Below the pieces are notes generated by a model. That model searched no databases, was not told where the DNA came from, and saw nothing but the letters and a program-made list of their open reading frames with translations. This document shows positions 1-8,633 of a stretch of DNA of 50,725 nt, piece by piece (positions within the stretch are counted from its first letter, which is position 1; every line of letters begins with the position of its first letter). The translations under genes were made by a program, and so were the position numbers. Source of the DNA: Chthonomonadaceae bacterium (GTDB lineage: Bacteria; Armatimonadota; Chthonomonadetes; Chthonomonadales; Chthonomonadaceae); the NCBI GenBank assembly GCA_035650735.1, contig DASRGZ010000156.1:1-50725 (forward strand), in the 5' to 3' direction.

Positions 1-131
1 TCGTGTTCGAGCTGGCGGACGGGCTCTCCGTCGAGGAAGTGTCCGCTCTCCAGGACTGAAAGCAGAGCGGCATCGATGTCTGCCTTGAGGCGCTGGTACT
101 GAGTGGGCAAGTCGGCCAGTGGAACTCTCAA
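1..131 (-). CDS. DegT/DnrJ/EryC1/StrS family PLP-dependent sugar aminotransferase, 5' part only (runs off window edge)
   Basis: Not in the ORF track. TTG at 131 after AGGAGG reads MRVPLADLPTQYQRLKADIDAALLSVLESGHFLDGEPVRQLEH, a typical DegT N-terminus; downstream gene of the EPS operon. Confidence 0.8.
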   Translation of the reverse strand, partial: MRVPLADLPTQYQRLKADIDAALLSVLESGHFLDGEPVRQLEH

Positions 132-209
132 ACCTTCCTCCTGTGGATGCTTCCATCCTCACAAACGCGTCTGCGCAACCTGCAAGCTACCTTCCGATAA
201 TCCCGGGGT

Positions 210-1055
210 TCAGATGACATCGGCAAACTGCCGCTCCATCTTCTTGAACGCCAGGGCACCCCACGCAAAAACAAGGATCGCCGTGAGCGCCGAGTAGACA
301 AAATACCCTGGATGAAGCGCACCCCTGCCGAGCAAGGCCCACCGGCACCCTTCCAAGAGGCCGGAAAGCGGATTGATCAGGTAGAGGCTCCGCAGACGAT
401 CCGGCACGGCGGAGACGGCATAGGCAACCGGACTGGCATACATCACAAATTGGGCCATTACCGGCAGCACGTACTGAACATCGCGATATCTGACCATCAG
501 GGCGGCGGCGAACAGCCCCAAGCCGAGCGAGAGCAGCAACAGCAGCAGCAGGCAGATAGGCAACAGGAAGAGGCCCATTCCGGGCATAATGCCATACAGC
601 CCCATCAACACCGCCAGCATCGCCAGCGCCACGCTGAAATCAATGAGGGTCGAGGCAACCGTCGAAAGCGGCAAGATCAGGCGCGGGAAATAGACCTTCG
701 AGACCAACTGCGCGTTCTGTACCATGCAGTTGCTGGCTTTGGTGAGCGTGCTGTTAAAGGCGTTCCATCCCAGCAGCCCGGCATAGGCAAAAAGGAAGTA
801 GGGAACGCCATCGCTGGGCATCCGGGCGACCCGACCGAACACGAAGGCAAAGATTCCCGCCGCGATAAGCGGCTGCAGCACGACCCAGAGCGCCCCCAGC
901 GCCGTCTGGCGGTAGCGCAGCTTGACATCGCGGATAGCCAGCGTGATCAAGAGGTCACGGAACTGCCAGAGCTCGCGCAGATTCAGCGCCTGCCAGCCCG
1001 AAGTCGGGCGAATAACCAGACAATATCCTTCCATGCGGGTCAGCCAACCATCCAT
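210..1055 (-). CDS. ABC-2 type polysaccharide export permease (Wzm-like)
   Basis: LRELWQFRDLL..RDVKLRYRQTALG.LW and LVSKVYFPRLILP motifs; about 6 TM segments; C-terminal FKKMERQFADVI. Confidence 0.9.
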   Translation of the reverse strand: MDGWLTRMEGYCLVIRPTSGWQALNLRELWQFRDLLITLAIRDVKLRYRQTALGALWVVLQPLIAAGIFAFVFGRVARMPSDGVPYFLFAYAGLLGWNAFNSTLTKASNCMVQNAQLVSKVYFPRLILPLSTVASTLIDFSVALAMLAVLMGLYGIMPGMGLFLLPICLLLLLLLSLGLGLFAAALMVRYRDVQYVLPVMAQFVMYASPVAYAVSAVPDRLRSLYLINPLSGLLEGCRWALLGRGALHPGYFVYSALTAILVFAWGALAFKKMERQFADVI

Positions 1056-1148
1056 TCTGAGAATCCTATCTATTCATGCGGCGTGCCAGACGGCCCGGCA
1101 TATTCGCGAGATTTTTTTTCGGGCCACGAAATACCTCACCCTTCTTAA

Positions 1149-1307
1149 CCTAACCCCCCGTCCCCCTTTAATACGTTCGCTTCACTCACAGGGAAGGGAG
1201 TGACCCGGTTTCTGCTCTCCCCTCTCCCGCAGCGTGGGAGAGGGGTTGGGGGTGAGGGCTTCTGCTCTCCCCTCTCCTTGCCAAGGAGAGGAGAAGGGGG
1301 TGAGGGC
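1149..1307. repeat. Composite palindromic intergenic repeat, family A (CCTAACCCCCCG.CCCCCTT / CTCTCCC..GGGAGAGGGG..GGGGGTGAGGGC)
   Basis: Several GC hairpins; about 40 bp shared nearly identically with 39196-39240 and, inverted, with 3791-3830. Confidence 0.85.
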
Positions 1308-1329
1308 ACTTAGGGAAGAGGCCCCTACC

Positions 1330-2466
1330 TTATCGGCGCGTAAGCGCGTCCTCCATGCGTACCGCCACAACCGCCTGCCCTGCTCCCGGTATCGCACGGG
1401 CAATAGCGCGCTGCATCCCTCCCAGGAACGCCTCTGTATCAAAGCGCCGGGCGTAGTTGCGTATGGCAGTGGGGTCGAAATCCAACCTTTCCGCCCGGCA
1501 GATCGCCTCGCAAAGCGCCTCGACGGACTGTTCCCTAAACAGCACGCCGGTCACGCCGTCTACCTGTGTGTCCAGCGCGCCGCCCGCCGCGTAGGCGATC
1601 ACTGGACGTCCGCAGGCGTTGGCCTCTACCGGCGCGATCCCAAAATCCTCTTCGCCCGGCATGACGTAGGCGCGCGCCCGCGCCAGCAGATCGGGCAGCG
1701 TGACGTCGTCCACCCGGCCCAGAAACTCGACGTTCGGCCCCGCCAGGTGCCGGAGCGCTTCCCGCTGACGTCCCTCCCCTACGATTTTGAGCGGGCGCTT
1801 CAATTCCGTAAACGCCCGCACCGCAATATCCAGGCGTTTGTAGGGCACGAAGCGGGAGACCAGGATATAGTAATCGCCCACCTCCTCAGCGATGCGGAAC
1901 CGGTTGGTCTCCACCGGTGGATAGACGATCTCGGACTCCCGCCGGTAGAACTTCTGAATGCGCCGAGCGACCGCGCTGGAATTGGCAACAAACTGATCCA
2001 CCCGCGCGGAGGCCGCGGCATCCCACAGGCGCAGATAGTGGAAACCGGGCTGCAGCAGCATCCGCAGCGGCTTGGCGGCGCGCTCGTTCGCCATATAGGC
2101 CCGCGAAGACCAGGCGAATCGCATGGGCGTGTGCGTATAGCAGACATGAATCGTGTCCGGTGGGGTGAGCACCCCTTTGGCGAACGCCGAGGACGAGCTG
2201 ATGACCAGCGCGTACTGGCTCAGGTCAAACGACTCGAAGGCGAGCGGGTAGAGCAGCAGGGCCAGCCGGTGGGTCAGCCGCTTCAGCGGGATGCGCTGCA
2301 TGAAGCTGGTGCGGATGTCCCACGTCCGATAGTAGGCGGGCATGGCCTCGGGATCGTAGGCCGAAGTGTAGATCGGCGCCTCGGGAAACATCCTATGCAG
2401 CACCTCTACCACCTTCTCCGCCCCGCCCATCTGTGTTAGAAAGTCGTGAACAATCGCTACCTTCAT
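1330..2466 (-). CDS. Glycosyltransferase family 4 (GT-B)
   Basis: MKVAIVHDFLTQMGGAEKV N-terminus; EDFGIAPVEANACGRPVIA GT4 signature. Confidence 0.93.
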   Translation of the reverse strand: MKVAIVHDFLTQMGGAEKVVEVLHRMFPEAPIYTSAYDPEAMPAYYRTWDIRTSFMQRIPLKRLTHRLALLLYPLAFESFDLSQYALVISSSSAFAKGVLTPPDTIHVCYTHTPMRFAWSSRAYMANERAAKPLRMLLQPGFHYLRLWDAAASARVDQFVANSSAVARRIQKFYRRESEIVYPPVETNRFRIAEEVGDYYILVSRFVPYKRLDIAVRAFTELKRPLKIVGEGRQREALRHLAGPNVEFLGRVDDVTLPDLLARARAYVMPGEEDFGIAPVEANACGRPVIAYAAGGALDTQVDGVTGVLFREQSVEALCEAICRAERLDFDPTAIRNYARRFDTEAFLGGMQRAIARAIPGAGQAVVAVRMEDALTRR

Positions 2467-3653
2467 TATCTTCCCAGTCCGCCGGAAAAGAGGCGCGCGA
2501 CTCCGTCAATGAGATTAATGCCCGTCAGCAAGCCGAACAGGTCCTGGAGCTGGAAGCCGCGCCGTTTGTCGGGGATGAAGACCACGTCTCCCGGCCCCAG
2601 CGCCAGGTTATACTTTAAGTCGCCCTTCTTGAGAAACTTTTCCAGATTCACCTGCTCCACGCGAGTTGTGTTCTTTTCCCGGTCCATGTGGAGGATATTT
2701 ACCCGGGCAAGGTCGGCCTCGCGGGTTGGGCCGCTGGCGTTGAGCGCATCCAGGATGCGGTCGCCAGGCTTGAACACGTAGTAGCCAGGCCGCGTCACCG
2801 CCCCGAAAACATACATTCGGTTGTGGATCTCAGGCACGAGCAGGGTATCGCCCGCCTGTAGCTTTAGATTGGCGCGCATGTCGCCGCGCGTCAGCAGCGC
2901 CTCCAGGTTCAGCGGGAGGACCTTGCCGTTGCGGGTGAGCGTGGCGGCCGCCCGGTCCGCCGTCTCCTTGAGGCTGCCGACGGCGGTCAGCGCATCCAGG
3001 ACCGTCATCTCCTCTTTGTAGTCAATGCTGGAGGGTCGGCTCACCTCGCCAAGCACCGTGACCTGGGTGCGCCGCTCCGGGACATAGACGACATCGCCCG
3101 CCTCTAGCGGGATGTCGGCGTCCGTGCCGCCCTTCGTTTCCGGGTGGCTCAGATCCAGGGTGCGCTTCTCGCCCGATCTGCGGGTCAGCGTGACATGACT
3201 CAGATCGCCCTGCGGCTGTGCGCCGCCGACCTCCGCCAGCGCCGCCAGCAGGCGCACGCCGGGCCGAAATTCCAGCGTGCCCACGCGGGCGACAAAGCCG
3301 TAGAAGAGGATGCTGTCCTTGCGTTTCTGCGTCAGCGAGACCGTGACCGCCGGATTGACCACGTACTTGCGCCACTTCTCGGTCAGCGTCTGCTTGACCT
3401 CATCTATGGTCATGCCCAGGACAGAGAACGGCTCCAACAGCGGCACCGAAATCTTACCGTCCGGCGGCACGACCACCTGCGCAGACAGGCTCGGTACATT
3501 GATGACACTGATGCTCAGGCCATCCTCCGGGGCCAGCACATACGGAGCCGGAGCCGTCTTGGCGGGCGGGTCCGCTCCTTTCGCCGGTTCCATGCCGGCA
3601 GGCCCCAGGAGCAGCCCTAACGCCAGCGTCAGCTTCACTGCCAGGGAAAACAT
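2466..3653 (-). CDS. Polysaccharide biosynthesis/export protein (Wza-like Poly_export plus repeated SLBB domains)
   Basis: Signal peptide, YVLAPEDGLSI..V.PDGKISVP Poly_export motif, repeated V.G.V.RP / L..GD...VP SLBB units. Confidence 0.88.
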   Translation of the reverse strand: MFSLAVKLTLALGLLLGPAGMEPAKGADPPAKTAPAPYVLAPEDGLSISVINVPSLSAQVVVPPDGKISVPLLEPFSVLGMTIDEVKQTLTEKWRKYVVNPAVTVSLTQKRKDSILFYGFVARVGTLEFRPGVRLLAALAEVGGAQPQGDLSHVTLTRRSGEKRTLDLSHPETKGGTDADIPLEAGDVVYVPERRTQVTVLGEVSRPSSIDYKEEMTVLDALTAVGSLKETADRAAATLTRNGKVLPLNLEALLTRGDMRANLKLQAGDTLLVPEIHNRMYVFGAVTRPGYYVFKPGDRILDALNASGPTREADLARVNILHMDREKNTTRVEQVNLEKFLKKGDLKYNLALGPGDVVFIPDKRRGFQLQDLFGLLTGINLIDGVARLFSGGLGR

Positions 3654-3671
3654 CGTTCTCTCCGTTTTTCA

Positions 3672-3940
3672 CCTAACCCCCCGGCCCCCTTCCCTACTCG
3701 CTCATACCTCGCTAGGGTCGCTAGGCGGAGGCCCGAACCATTGTAGGGCCGACCCTGGCAGTGGGGGTACCCGGCTCCTGCTCTCCTCCAGCCCTCACCC
3801 CCTTCCCCTCTCCCACGCTGCGGGAGAGGGAAGACTTGGCTTCTGCTCTCCCTTCTCCCTTGTAGGGAGAAGGGCCGGGGAGGAGGGGAGAACAAGGCTT
3901 CTCGGTTCCCCTCCCCTGTTCTTGTGGGAGGGGTGGGGGC
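3672..3940. repeat. Composite palindromic intergenic repeat, family A, with one inverted ACTGCCAGGGTCGG unit (3749-3762)
   Basis: CCTAACCCCCCGGCCCCCTTCCCTAC start; multiple CTCTCCC/GGGAGA hairpins; shares sequence with 19355-19690. Confidence 0.85.
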
Positions 3941-3947
3941 CATAAGG

Positions 3948-6164
3948 TCACTCTTCCAGGGCGCGTTCTGAATTTCGGGGACCGCCCGCATAGGCATAGT
4001 AATGCTTGTAGGCGTGGCCCCGGTCTTTGGGCGCGCGGTTGACAAAGAACACCATCGTCCTGGGCGTCGCCGCGTGGAGCGCCGCCGTCGTATCGCGCAC
4101 GATATCCGCGTCCGTCTGGCCCGCGCCGATGACATGGAAGATACAGTCGGCATAGGGCGCCAGGAACAGCGCGTCCGCCACTACCGAACAGGCAGGTGCG
4201 TCCACGATGACAACATCGGCCAAGCGGCGCAGTTGATCCAGCAAGGCGGCCATCTGCGGCTGGGATACCAGGTCGGTCGGATTGCAGGGCGCGGTCCCGC
4301 TATGCAGCAGGGTCAGGTTCGGCGTGTCTGAGGCCGTCAGCGCCTCCTCCAGAATCCGGCTGCCGGTCAGAACTTCGGCCAGACCGTGCGCTGCCTCCGT
4401 TCGAAATAGCCGGGCCTGCGCGGGACGGCGCAGGTCGGCGTCCACCAGGATAACGCGCTTGCCGGATCGGGCGATGGCCCGTGCCAGGCTGGCCGCAGAG
4501 ACGGACTTTCCCTCGCCCGGCAGCGCGCTAGTGATCAGGATCACGGGATGCCGTTCGGGATCCTCCAACGCGGCGGCGCGCAGCGCCAGCGACAGGTTGG
4601 CGCGCGCCAGGCTGTAGGCCTCCTGCGCTTGCGGCGGCGGCGCTCCCTGGAGCAGCCCGCGCAACTGTGCGCGCGACATCCGGGGCAATGCCCCCACAAT
4701 CGGCCCCGGTACCACGCGGCGGATGTCCTCAATGCTGCGCACGCGCCGGTCGGACTGCTCCAGCACAAACACGGCCACCAGCGCCAGCAGCAGGCCCAGC
4801 GCTCCCCCAAACATCAGGTCGCGGGCGCGGTTGGGGCGAAAAGGCTGCTCCGGCCCGTAGGCTTCCTGGGCAATCGCGACGTTGCTGCCTGCCGTGTCCA
4901 CGTCCACGCGCGCCGCATTCAGCGCCGATTGCAGCGAGGTATAGAGGGAGCGTGCCATCGCCGCGTTCTGTGCCAGCCGCGCATACTCCATGCTGGCCTG
5001 CGGCCACTGCTGCGTCTGTCGTTTGAGTTGATCGCGCAGGCTCACGGCGGCGGCCAGTTTTGCCTGTGTCAGCAGGACGTTCACCTGCGCCTGCTTGTAT
5101 TGCTCAAAGAGCTGCCCCTGAGTCTGGAGAGAAGGCTTCTTGTTATCCAGGGTATCCCGGACGGCCTTATCCAGCCGCTCACGCAGTTGCTGGATGGCGA
5201 TCTCCTTCTCCCGCATCCCGGGATAGTCCATCGTGAAGGTCAGCCGGTCGTTGGCGAAGGCGATCTCCTGCTGGTTGAGCTGCTGCTGCAGCCCCATCAC
5301 CAGGGCGTCGTCGCGCACGCCCGTGCCGTTTCGGATCTCGGCGGCTACGTTCTGCAGGCGCGATCCGAGCGCTTTCAGGTTCACCTGCTGGGCGATCAGG
5401 TCTTGCTTGATGGCCCCGACCTCCGCATCCCGCGCCAGATAACGATCCAGAGCCGCCTTCTCCTGCGCGCTGACATCCACCAGTTGATGCTGCTGCTTAA
5501 ACGCCGTCTCCAGCCGTTCCGCCTCCACCATCTGCGCGCGCGCCCGCCGCGCCCGCCGCTCCAGGCTCTCCATCGTCTCCTTGTAGCTCTGCTGGGACAG
5601 GTCTTTCTTCCACTCCACAAATGTTTTGCAGATGGCGTTGGCCAGGGTGATCGCGCGCTCCAGGCTGTTGGCTTCGACGGAGACGTTAAGCAGGTTGGTA
5701 TCTTTAGAAGCCGCAGCGGTGATGGCCTGCTGGAGCTCGTCGGCGGCGCGCTGGCGCTCCGGGGCCGACAGGCGCACATACTCTTCCGCCAGTTGTCGGA
5801 ACGATTCGGGCTGCCGGGCGAACTCCCGCGCTCGCTCCGGGTCGAGCGCCAGATTGCGCATCCAATCCACCGTTCGCTTCGCCATGGCGTTGCTTTGCAG
5901 CATGGCGACCTGGGTATCGGTGGACTCGATCAGGGGGCCGGAGGAGCCGCCCTGGGTGCTGGCGACCAGCGGCGCGGCGCGCTGGATCACGACCATCTGC
6001 GCGGTGGCCCGCCACCGCTTGGGCGTGCGCTTGGAGACGACATACGCGCTGCCGACGCAGAGCGTCAGGATCAGCGCGATGACCCAGAGACGCCGCCAGA
6101 GTATCCGCCCTAAATCGAGCGGGCTGATGGCAGCCGGCGGGCTATAATGGAGTTTCGAGTCCAT
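3948..6164 (-). CDS. Polysaccharide co-polymerase / tyrosine autokinase (Wzc/GumC-like)
   Basis: Two TM segments around a long coiled coil; Walker A ITSALPGEGKS; LVDADLRRP; C-terminal Tyr cluster HAYKHYYAY. Start moved to ATG 6164 because the track start overlaps the upstream gene. Confidence 0.9.
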   Translation of the reverse strand: MDSKLHYSPPAAISPLDLGRILWRRLWVIALILTLCVGSAYVVSKRTPKRWRATAQMVVIQRAAPLVASTQGGSSGPLIESTDTQVAMLQSNAMAKRTVDWMRNLALDPERAREFARQPESFRQLAEEYVRLSAPERQRAADELQQAITAAASKDTNLLNVSVEANSLERAITLANAICKTFVEWKKDLSQQSYKETMESLERRARRARAQMVEAERLETAFKQQHQLVDVSAQEKAALDRYLARDAEVGAIKQDLIAQQVNLKALGSRLQNVAAEIRNGTGVRDDALVMGLQQQLNQQEIAFANDRLTFTMDYPGMREKEIAIQQLRERLDKAVRDTLDNKKPSLQTQGQLFEQYKQAQVNVLLTQAKLAAAVSLRDQLKRQTQQWPQASMEYARLAQNAAMARSLYTSLQSALNAARVDVDTAGSNVAIAQEAYGPEQPFRPNRARDLMFGGALGLLLALVAVFVLEQSDRRVRSIEDIRRVVPGPIVGALPRMSRAQLRGLLQGAPPPQAQEAYSLARANLSLALRAAALEDPERHPVILITSALPGEGKSVSAASLARAIARSGKRVILVDADLRRPAQARLFRTEAAHGLAEVLTGSRILEEALTASDTPNLTLLHSGTAPCNPTDLVSQPQMAALLDQLRRLADVVIVDAPACSVVADALFLAPYADCIFHVIGAGQTDADIVRDTTAALHAATPRTMVFFVNRAPKDRGHAYKHYYAYAGGPRNSERALEE

Positions 6165-6225
6165 AACAACGACTTCTGCCGCGCCCGCGTTGCCGTGAGG
6201 AAGGAGCGTGCCTTCCCTGTGCGCC

Positions 6226-6960
6226 TCAGTGCGCCCCACGGCCCGTGAGCACAGCGGGAATGGTCTGGAGCAGGATCTTAATGTCGCCCCAGAAGGACAT
6301 GGTTTCGATGTAGAGCAGGTCCAGTTCCACCCAGCGATCAAAGGCGATGTGGCTGCGCCCGTTGACCTGCCACAGACAGGTCAGCCCCGGCTTGACGGCC
6401 AGCCGCCGCCGTTCCCGTTCGCCATATTGCGCTACCTCCTGGGCAACGGGCGGGCGCGGCCCTACCAGGCTCATATCGCCTTGGAGGACATTAAAGAGCT
6501 GGGGCAGTTCGTCGAGGCTGTATTTGCGCAGGATGCGGCCAATCGGGGTGACACGGGGGTCGTTCTTGATTTTAAAGACCGGCCCGGAGACTTCGTTCAG
6601 GTGCAGCAAATGTTGGCGCCGGGATTCGGCGTCGGCGCACATCGAGCGGAACTTGTAGCAGGTAAAGGGCTTGCCGCCCAGGCCGATCCGGGTCTGTTTA
6701 AAGATCGCCGGTCCGCGTGAGGTCAATTTCACCAGCGCCGCGATCAGCGCCATAAGCGGCGCGGCAGCGATCAACAAGAGCAGCGCCAGCAGTATATCCA
6801 GGCCACGCTTGGCGGCGGCATAAGGGACAGGCTGGAGGGGCGTTATCGACATGTGATCGGTCGGGGAAATGGAGCACAGCGCGGGATAAAGCGTTTTGGA
6901 CGCGATTTGCTCGCCCGGATACGAGGCAAGCGTGGGGTTCTTACCGTCAAGGACAGCCAT
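6226..6960 (-). CDS. Priming sugar transferase (Bac_transf; WcaJ/WbaP C-terminal-domain type)
   Basis: AKRGLDI, YKFRSM, DPRVT, SLDELPQLFNVLQGDMSLVGPRP, VKPGLTCLWQV motifs; AAGGAG upstream. Confidence 0.93.
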   Translation of the reverse strand: MAVLDGKNPTLASYPGEQIASKTLYPALCSISPTDHMSITPLQPVPYAAAKRGLDILLALLLLIAAAPLMALIAALVKLTSRGPAIFKQTRIGLGGKPFTCYKFRSMCADAESRRQHLLHLNEVSGPVFKIKNDPRVTPIGRILRKYSLDELPQLFNVLQGDMSLVGPRPPVAQEVAQYGERERRRLAVKPGLTCLWQVNGRSHIAFDRWVELDLLYIETMSFWGDIKILLQTIPAVLTGRGAH

Positions 6961-7180
6961 CTGCGCACGTCTCCTTCAACTGGAAACAACATTACGACGT
7001 GTTCAGTGCAGGTGGAAACAAGAGCAAAGCAGGCTGGCTTTGCCCTCACCAGACAGCCAGAGGAAGCTGTAGCACCTGAGACACAATCACGCTTCCGTTT
7101 GACCATGCCGCCGCTCTCCTCCGCGATGACCGAATCTCTCGCAGCGTGCCGATATCCAGCGCATGGTCTGTTGTAGCTAT

Positions 7181-7196
7181 TGCATAGACCATGCCA
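7181..7196 (-). promoter_or_regulatory. Putative sigma54 (-24/-12) promoter of the EPS operon
   Basis: Minus strand TGGCATGGTCTATGCA matches TGGCAC-N5-TTGCW with exact GG..GC spacing, about 220 nt upstream of the sugar transferase. Confidence 0.6.
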
Positions 7197-7352
7197 AAAG
7201 CATCCGGGCGGGCGAAAATTTTGTCACATTTCCGTCTGCCCGGCAAGAACTCTCCCCTTGAGGCAGCGAAAACCGCAGGAATATGCCTTAGTCGCGCGGA
7301 AAAGTGCGTGTAACTCTCTCTGCGCGCATTCTTTATTCCATGGAGAATCCCG

Positions 7353-8618
7353 ATGTCTACCTTACTGACACGCAGGCAGTTTCTCGGTCGGGCCGCCGCC
7401 GTCGGCGCCGGGTTGGCCTTCCCCAGCATTGTCCCGGCCCGCGCGCTCGGCAGGCAGGAGAAAGTCCCGGCCAGCGAGCGCATTACGCTGGGCTTTATCG
7501 GCGTGGGAGGCATGGGCGGCGGCCACCTGGACGCCTTCCGCGGCGACCGGCAGGTAGAGATTCTGGCCGTCTGCGACGTCTACGAGCCGAACCGGTCGGC
7601 AGCCCAAAACCGCGTCGGCACCCAATGCGCCGCCTACAACGATTTCCGCGAACTGCTCGATAGGAAAGATATTGACGCCGTCGTTATCGCCACGCCCGAC
7701 CACTGGCACACGCGCATCGCCATGAGCGCCGCCGAGGCGGGCAAAGACATCTACTGCGAAAAGCCCCTGACGCTGACTATCGGCGAGGGCCGTCCGCTGG
7801 TCAACGCCGTCCGCCGCTACGGGCGCGTCTTTCAGGTCGGCAGCCAGCAGCGCTCTGACGCCAACTTCCGCTACGCCTGCGAGCTGGTGCGCAGCGGCAA
7901 GATCGGTAAGTTGCACACGGTACGCACGGGCTTCGGCGGCGGGCCACAGGGCGGCGACCCGACCCCCACCGATCCCCCGTCTGGACTCGACTGGAGTTTT
8001 TACCAGGGCCCGGCTCCCGTCGCGCCCTTCCAGAAGGATCGCTTCGGCTTCAACTTCCGCTGGTTTTCCGACTACTCCGGCGGCATACTCACCGATTGGG
8101 GCGCGCATCACAACGACATCGCCCAGTGGGGCACGGGCTACGAGTTGAGCGGCCCCACGGAGGTAGAGGGCACGGGAACCTTCCCGACCGAGGGTGCCTT
8201 CGATACCGTCCTGACCTACGACATCACTTACACCTATCCCAACGGCGTCAAGCTCATCTGTCGCAACGACCAGCACGGCGCGAAGTTCGAGGGCACCGAC
8301 GGCTGGGTGCATGTGGATCGGGGCTTCCTGGAGGCCTCGCCCAAAGAGTTGCTGGAGATCAAACTCGGCCCCAACGACGTGCATCTCTACGAAAGCCCCG
8401 GCCACCATCAGGACTGGCTGAACTGCATCCGTTCGCGCCAAAAGCCCATCTGCGATGTGGAGATCGGCGTGCGGTCGGTGACGGTCTGCCACCTGGGCAA
8501 CATCGCCATCCGCCTGGGCCGCAAGCTCCAGTGGGACCCGGCCAAAGAGCGGTTCGTCGGCGACGAGGAGGCCAACCGCTGGCTGCTCCGGCCCTACCGC
8601 GCCCCCTGGCACTTGTGA
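7353..8618 (+). CDS. Gfo/Idh/MocA family oxidoreductase with Tat signal
   Basis: TRRQFLG Tat motif; IGVGGMG Rossmann; ATPDHWH; CEKP; DWGAHH. Confidence 0.93.
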   Translation: MSTLLTRRQFLGRAAAVGAGLAFPSIVPARALGRQEKVPASERITLGFIGVGGMGGGHLDAFRGDRQVEILAVCDVYEPNRSAAQNRVGTQCAAYNDFRELLDRKDIDAVVIATPDHWHTRIAMSAAEAGKDIYCEKPLTLTIGEGRPLVNAVRRYGRVFQVGSQQRSDANFRYACELVRSGKIGKLHTVRTGFGGGPQGGDPTPTDPPSGLDWSFYQGPAPVAPFQKDRFGFNFRWFSDYSGGILTDWGAHHNDIAQWGTGYELSGPTEVEGTGTFPTEGAFDTVLTYDITYTYPNGVKLICRNDQHGAKFEGTDGWVHVDRGFLEASPKELLEIKLGPNDVHLYESPGHHQDWLNCIRSRQKPICDVEIGVRSVTVCHLGNIAIRLGRKLQWDPAKERFVGDEEANRWLLRPYRAPWHL

Positions 8619-8633
8619 TAAGGAGTGAGGTTG

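Noticed and set aside
6165..6341. N-terminal extensions given by the ORF track (also at 13296, 16808, 18033, 20962, 22334, 22740, 23790, 25358, 33020)
   Set aside because: They overlap neighbours or promoters, or lack an RBS; downstream starts fit the RBS or domain boundaries better.
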